Shown here: in pieces, positions 57,501 to 64,000 of the stretch
How the letters are laid out: each line of letters opens with the position of its first letter
How positions within the stretch are numbered: position 1 is the first letter of the stretch
Origin: Macrostomum lignano
Taxonomy: Eukaryota
Reading direction: 5' to 3'
Length of the DNA stretch: 64,000 nucleotides
Assembly (NCBI GenBank): GCA_002269645.1
Contig: NIVC01000550.1
Span: forward strand, 62,001 to 126,000
Notes under the pieces: generated by a model
Told to the model about the DNA's origin: nothing
Database searches by the model: none
The model's input: only the letters and a program-made list of their open reading frames with translations
Translations under genes and position numbers: made by a program

Positions 57501-60500
57501 AGGGGTTATTCCTTCTTGTTAATATTGCTGGTTATTACTCGCCTTTTACTCATAGCGCATGTACTTCTATTGGTAGCGTATGTACTTTTACTAGTAGCGT
57601 CTGTACTTCTATTGTACTTTCTGGCCTAAGCGGTCTTTTTAGGCACTGTCTATCCTATCCTTATACTCCTCTAAAGATATTATTTTCAGTCCTGGGCATT
57701 CCCGGGATCAGAGGGTCACAGCGCACTTCGCTAGGTATTCTGCCCTGAGGCGGGTTTCTCAGTCTCTAAGCCTGGCTTTCTCTACCCTGTGGTAGGAATT
57801 GTGCCTTCTAAAGGCGGGTTACTAGACTCCTAAGTCTAGGATTTCTCGTTCTCTGAGAATGGACTGAACTCCCAATCTTGGAGCAACTCCTATGTCACTA
57901 TCCACTATTCAAAATAAGTAACATGAGTGATCACAAGCCCAAGGCTGATTTAAAGCTTGATCAATGTTCGAAACAATGGTACAAGAAAATGTTCACAAGG
58001 TTCACCAGGTTATTTATTTTTGCTCTCAGCTGACTCCTATTTATAGTAAAATTTTTCTAGTATTTAAAACAAAGTATATAATATTTGGAATATTTTGTAT
58101 ACAAGAAATATTTTCAATATTCGCAGAGTTAAACAACAGTAATACATTTTTAAAATTCAACTTTTTCTAAGAACTTGCTATAAAAACTGGAGGCCTATTA
58201 TAGTATATATTTTGGAACCAGTTAATTCGGCAATAGGTTGACTTGGCGACAAGCAATTTAGTGACAGTCAGTTCAGCGACATATAATCAGGGGGTGGTTA
58301 AAACAGAGGAGTGGTTAAATTGTCATCTATTGCATTGAGTTTGCATATTTATTCCAATTTCAAAATAAGCCAAAGTGGTAAGCCTCACATATGCTTTTGC
58401 CAATGTGTGTGTGTCACATATGCTTATAGTAAAACCAATGTTGAGACACTAAGAACAATTGTTGAATAGACTAATCTTTAAAAATCCTGGTTGAATTTGT
58501 TTTGTTAGCCTTATTATATAGAAATAGATATACTTATAATTCATTATGAGTTCAAGTTAGACAATATAGGAATATGTACACTAGTGATATTTACTAGATT
58601 ATATTCGAATTGACTTAATTATATTCATTATAAATGTTAAAAAATGAGCTTTAGGCCTTTTATAATATATCCCATTTTTTATATTTATAGATTTATAGGC
58701 AAGAAAAATCTATTGTCATGTTTGTTAGAGATCCAAGTATCCTTTCATTAAATCAAAATATCTAGAGCAAAACCTCTTATCAAAATTACTTGATGGCATT
58801 AAAATTCTTATTAAAGCTAGCAAGCCTTCTATTATTTACTATATATAATGACAACATTATTTAGCCATTGCAGCTAAAGGGTGATTTCTAGCATGTCTTG
58901 CTTCATTAAAGTTGGCATTTTGAGGCTTTAACCCTTGGATTTTGGTAAACCTATTATATGAACCAAAAGATTGATTACTATTTAATTAATTATTCTAGAG
59001 GTCGGACAAGCAGAAAATTTTGGTCAGGCATGAAATTTGATGAAATTTTCAAAGTCGGGCGTGATCATGATCGTGATCATGAATTTATATTTGCATACAC
59101 GTATTTTGAGCTCGTAAGTTACAAGTGTTGAAAATCACAAAGCAAGAAAAGAAATATTTATAAATTGATATAGCTACTCGGTAATGCTGTCAAGTCAACA
59201 AATTTAAAATTTATTACTCTTTTACACATTTGTATTCACATATTTTGGTAAACCAAGTAGAAAAGTTATACTTCTAATAAAAATGTAATAAAGTGGAAAT
59301 TCACGACTGTCGTGAATGGGTTTCAAGGAAATCACGATCGTGAAAAAAATGGTCGTGAATTCACAAAATCGTGATCACGATCGTGATCATGTCCGACCCC
59401 TAAATTATTCACAACTCACTAACTCTAACTAATAACAGTAGCATTAGCTCATTAAAATTTAGTAATAAAAGCTTATTAATATATTCAAGACCTGTTCACC
59501 CTATTATTAAAGCTTATCATATACCTATTTTAGTAGAGGGATGAAATCCAAGTAAAATTTGGATTTCATTGTTTTAATGCGTTTTTTAGGCAATGTCTAG
59601 CTATTTTTTTAAAATTCATGCTTAAGCTCTAAAATTTAGTTAGCACAAAGTTACAAAAAATCATTTTTTTCACATTTGCAGGCTCATCTGATGCAGCTTC
59701 ACTGTCGGAAGTAATTGCTGAGGCCAATGAAGACACGCTGCGCAAGTTGCTGCAGGAAAGCCAGCGCAGGGTGCTCCTGCTTGCCAGGACAGTCTCGGCT
59801 AAAGATAAAGAACTGCTTTTATGTAGTGTAAGAAAATATTTTTTTGAAAGCCTAGGTTTTCTGTTCTATTGCTGGTTGCAATTGCAGTTTAGCTAAGGGG
59901 GCATTGCGGGCACCCTGGTGCGAGCAACGCCTTTGGGGCGATATTGTCCCAGAATCAGCGCTGAGTCCATTCTGCCCATCCCTCTGACGCCTGAGCACTT
60001 TCAAGCGCGCCAAAAAAAGCCACAGATTATCGCACCCCCTCTTCACACTCTCCATCCCGCTTAGCAACAACTGGAACAGCTCCGATTGCACGCAGCTAGC
60101 CAGTCAGCTGCCAATATCAAGTGTGCCGCCTTGGACCCGGCAGTTGGTCAGGCCTTCTATCGACTGCGTCAAGAACTAGCCGATGCTAAAGCGCGCCTAG
60201 AACAGGCGCAGAGCGACCTATCGGCTTGGAAGTTCACCCCGGATAGTCAATCTGGCAAGCGGCTCATGGCTCGAATTCGTCAGATGCAAGACGAGAATAG
60301 CGAGCTCAGCCGCGGCGTGTCTTCTGGCAGTGTGGCTAAATTAGAAACTGAGATTGCTCTGCAACGGGTGTTGCTGCAGGATATGAGACGGACTCAGACG
60401 GGTAAGTAGATGCTAATTGTTATAAATGCGTACTTTTCACTTTATTAGACTCTGATTTAGGGCCTGTGTAACTGTGTTCCTTTCTGCTTCCATTCTCCCA

Positions 60501-61180
60501 GACCCATCAGCACCTGTGTTCCTTTCTGCTTCCATTCTCCCAGAACCATCAGCACCTGTGTTCCTTTCTGCTTCCATTCTCCCAGACCCATCAGCACCTG
60601 TGTTCTTTTCTGCTTCCATTCTCCCAGACCCATCAGCACCTGTGTTCCTTTCTGCTTCCATTCTCCCAGACCCATCAGCACCTGTGTTCCTTTCTGCTTC
60701 CATTCTCCCAGACCCATCAGCACCTGTGTTCCTTTCTGCTTCCATTCTCCCAGACCCATCAGCACCTGTGTTCCTTTCTGCTTCCATTCTCCCAGACCCA
60801 TCAGCACCTGTGTTCCTTTCTGCTTCCATTCTCCCAGACCCATCAGCACCTGTGCGCTGTGTTCCTTCTGTAGTTTTTTAAAGTTTATTTCCAAAGATTA
60901 TAAGTGTTAAACATATTTTTGCATTGCTTCTCCATGCCTCTCCCGCTCAGAGCAAGAAGAATTTCTAACAGAAATTGACTCCGAGACGGAATCGCTGCAA
61001 TCGACTGTAGTTCAGTTGCAGTCTCAGCTGACTGAGGCCTACAGTCAGATACACGTGTTAGAGCAAAATCTGCGGTCTCGTGGTCAGTTACCGACTTCTG
61101 TGCAAGGCAACGGGCCGGCTAATTCTTTTGATGACGCTGACAATGAAGCTAACGTTGAGCTGACTACTGAAGCTGTGTAA
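54564..61180 (+). CDS. WTAP: WTAP/fl(2)d m6A-writer subunit; exons 59682..59827, 60065..60401, 60951..61180, plus candidate first exon 54564..54582
   Basis: LDPAV...LEQAQSDLSAWKFTPDSQSGKRLMA and LETEIALQ match the WTAP core; intron phases 0 and 1 match. The first exon (MTCVSS G|gtatgt, phase 1) is tentative. Confidence 0.9.
55818..56520. repeat. 178-bp tandem repeat, ~3.9 copies, in the presumed first WTAP intron
   Basis: TAAGGA recurs at 55822, 56000, 56178 and 56356. Confidence 0.95.
57400..57898 (-). mobile_element. Second copy of the LTR remnant family with PBS-like units
   Basis: Reverse complement aligns with 45800-46345, including AGTACATACGCTACCAATAGAAGTACATGCGCT and TGGTGTCAGC. Confidence 0.72.
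58996..59402. mobile_element. hAT MITE (TIR TAGRGGTCGGACA, TSD AATTATTC)
   Basis: TAG-starting TIRs, exact 8-bp TSD, subterminal GATCGTGATCA repeats. Confidence 0.9.
60470..60855. repeat. 42-bp minisatellite in the last WTAP intron
   Basis: Unit TTCCTTTCTGCTTCCATTCTCCCAGACCCATCAGCACCTGTG, 9 copies. Confidence 0.96.
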
Positions 61181-61589
61181 AGAATTTTTATGACCTTGAT
61201 TGACCTTAAGTTTGAGTTGATCATCATTAATTGTCTATCAAAGAGTGTAATGCCAATTTGTGTTTTACTAATTTGAATCAACAAGAAAATTGTAATTATA
61301 CAATTAATATCAGTAACTAATAGCCCGCTATATTGCGTTAACTATTTATAGTTTTAATTATGCAAAAAACTGTCTATGCATTTCTTCAATGAGTTTTTCC
61401 TCCTATGTTTGTTAGTTGCGTAAATGTAAGCGTTTGATTGCAAAAAATGAATTTCAGTCATTTCAATACTAGTTTGTTTTGCGTTTTTTACTTGTAGTCT
61501 TGTAATTATGGTTACATATGAATCTAGGCACTTCAATTAGTTGGTGTTAACCTTATAGAAATAGATCCCATGTCTGTGATCTATTAACA

Positions 61590-62990
61590 CAGATAAGATT
61601 CTATTATAGATAAGATTCTTAACGCAGATAAGATTCTAATAGATAAGATTCTCTGTCTAATCTATTCTCGCAGATATGATTCTGTTTCTAATCTATTGTC
61701 ACAGATAATATTCTAATAGAGAAGATTCTGTCTAATCTATTCTCAGTCTCACAGATAAGATTCTAATAGATAGATTCTCTGTCTAATCTATTCTCACAGA
61801 TACGATTCTGGCATAGATAAGATTCTCTGTCTAATCTATTCTCACAGATACGATTCTAGCATAGATAAGATTTTCTGTCTAATCTATTCTCACATATACG
61901 ATTCTAGCATAGATAAGATTCTCTGTCTAATCTATTCTCACAGATACGATTCTAGCATAGATAAGATTTTCTGTCTAATCTATTCTCACATATACGATTC
62001 TAGCATAGATAAGATTCTCTGTCTAATCTATTCTCACAGATACGATTCTAGCATAGATAAGATTTTCTGTCTAATCTATTCTCACATATACGATTCTAGC
62101 ATAGATAAGATTCTCTGTCTAATCTATTCTCACAGATACGATTCTAGCATAGATAAGATTCTCTGTCTAATCTATTCTCACAGATACGATTCTAGCATAG
62201 ATAAAATTCTCTGTCTAATCTATTCTCACATATACGATTCTAGCATAGATAAGATTCTCTGTCTAATCTATTCTCACAGATACGATTCTAGCATAGATAA
62301 GATTTTCTGTCTAATCTATTCTCACATATACGATTCTAGCATAGATAAGATTCTCTGTCTAATCTATTCTCACATATACGATTCTAGCATAGATAAGATT
62401 CTCTGTCTAATCTATTCTCACAGATACGATTCTGGCATAGATAAGATTCTCTGTCTAATCTATTCTCACAGATACGATTCTAGCATAGATAAGATTCTCT
62501 GTCTAATCTATTCTCACAGATACGATTCTAGCATAGATAAGATTCTCTGTCTAATCTATTCTCACAGATACGATTCTAGCATAGATAAGATTCTCTGTCT
62601 AATTTATTCTCACAGATACGATTCTAGCATAGATAAGATTCTCTGTCTAATTTATTCTCACAGATACGATTCTAGCATAGATAAGATTCTCTGTCTAATC
62701 TATTCTCACAGATACGATTCTAGCATAGATAAGATTCTCTGTCTAATTTATTCTCACAGATACGATTCTAGCATAGATAAGATTCTCTGTCTAATTTATT
62801 CTCACAGATACGATTCTAGCATAGATGAGATAACTAAGATTCTAGTTATCTTCTGTAATCTATTCCCACTGATAAGAATCTAGTATAGATAAAATTTACT
62901 GTTTCTAATCTCTTCTCACAGTTAAGATTCTAGTATAGACAAGATTCTTTATCTGTAATTTGTTCTCACAGACAAGATTCTCTACAATCT
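61590..62990. repeat. 48-bp intergenic tandem repeat with degenerate flanks
   Basis: Unit CACAGATACGATTCTAGCATAGATAAGATTCTCTGTCTAATCTATTCT, about 22 clean copies. Confidence 0.95.
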
Positions 62991-63126
62991 ATCATAAAGA
63001 TTTAGAGCTCAAGCTGCAAATGCCTCTCTATGAAATGGTTTTCAGCTAGGGCGGTGGGCAGCAGCTAATTAAACAAAGGCACAGGTACAAAAAGCACACG
63101 CAGAGCATATTCAAAAATCGTCAATA

Positions 63127-64000
63127 ATGTCGGAAGCCAAGCAACAAGTCCAGCAGCACGAGGAGGAAGATCAGGAGGACGCACTGACTGAGGCCCGCGA
63201 ACTGTTTATGGAGTCCGACCTCGAGCAGGCCCTCGTCAAGTTCAAAGAGGCTGAGGCGGCCGCCTCCAGCGATAAAACCCGCTGGCCAGAGGTCCTTGCC
63301 GCACAGACTGGTCAAGCCGAAATCTCTATTCAGAAGAAAGAATGGGCCGCCGCCATTAACCAGCTAACGGCGTCCGTAGCTGCGGCCGATGCCGCCGCTA
63401 AAGCGTCTGGAGATGATGAAGCTGCCACTACAGCCTCCGCCGCTCGCGATCTCACCAGAGCTCACTACATGCTGGGCATTGCCCTGCTGGGCCAGAGCAA
63501 AATTAACGAAGCTAAAGCTGAATTTGAATCGGCCAGAACCATTGCTAATGACGCTCCCGATGCTGTGGATATGCTGTCAGATATTCAGGTGAGATTCGTT
63601 TTTCGTTTTCTTTTACTTTCAACCGTCATAGACCATACCCTGCTCTTATAATTACCATAGACAAAACCGGCCTGTTAGAATTACCATAGACAAAACCGGC
63701 CTGTTAGAATTACCATAGACAAAGCCCTGTTAGAATTACCATAGACAAAGCCCTGTTAAAATTACCATAGAGAAATTCCTGTTAGAATTACCATAGACAA
63801 AACCGGACTGTTAGAATTGCCATAGACTAAATCGCCACAGACGTGCATTCGCAAGCAGTCCCCCTCTATCAACATCGCCACCAGGACCGGCTGGAGCAGC
63901 TGGACGAAGTGGAAGAGGACGATCTCGTAGAAATCGCCCTAGAATTCGGCGTCGCTCCCGAAGGCTCATTCGTTGGCGAAGAAGACGACGAAGAGGAAGA
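63127..64000 (+). CDS. NASP/SHNi-TPR-like acidic TPR protein; exons 63127..63588 and 63885..>64000
   Basis: QAEISIQKKEWAAAINQL and RAHYMLGIALLGQSKINEAKAEF resemble NASP TPR3/TPR4; phase-0 junction CAG|gtgaga ... ccag|GAC; Glu/Asp-rich continuation. Confidence 0.6.
63650..63830. repeat. ~29-bp minisatellite ATTACCATAGACAAAACCGGCCTGTTAGA in the NASP-like intron
   Basis: About 6 copies. Confidence 0.9.

Noticed and set aside
57923-58170. Short ORFs as a WTAP first exon
   Set aside because: Available donors are phase 0 or 2, the next exon needs phase 1, and there is no clear WTAP similarity

Overview
Eukaryotic (metazoan) genomic DNA with GC-richer exons, AT-rich spacers and GT-AG introns. Introns packed with 20-60 bp minisatellites suggest a rhabditophoran flatworm such as Macrostomum; this is inference only. 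Eight genes can be built from splice sites and reading frame. The first is a partial RluA/RPUSD-like exon at the left edge (+). A minus-strand run follows: PPP1R15/GADD34-like -> MIPEP -> SETD8/PR-Set7. A plus-strand run follows: Rab11 -> MLX-like -> WTAP/fl(2)d -> NASP-like (truncated by the window end). The two runs diverge from a TE-rich centre (about 32-43 kb) holding a broken RTE-like LINE fused to a Gypsy fragment. Many MITEs with 8-bp TSDs, a mariner derivative, LTR remnants and a tRNA/CORE SINE are also present. Most introns carry their own tandem repeat, and in several the unit contains or mimics the splice site. The clearest case is the MLX-like intron, which looks built by tandem amplification of an AG|GT junction. 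Short spacers and apparently unpaired acceptors before start codons suggest operon-like, trans-spliced expression. Several proteins show substitutions at key motifs. Most long ORFs in the supplied track are artefacts of tandem repeats. All alignments were done by eye; no searches were run.
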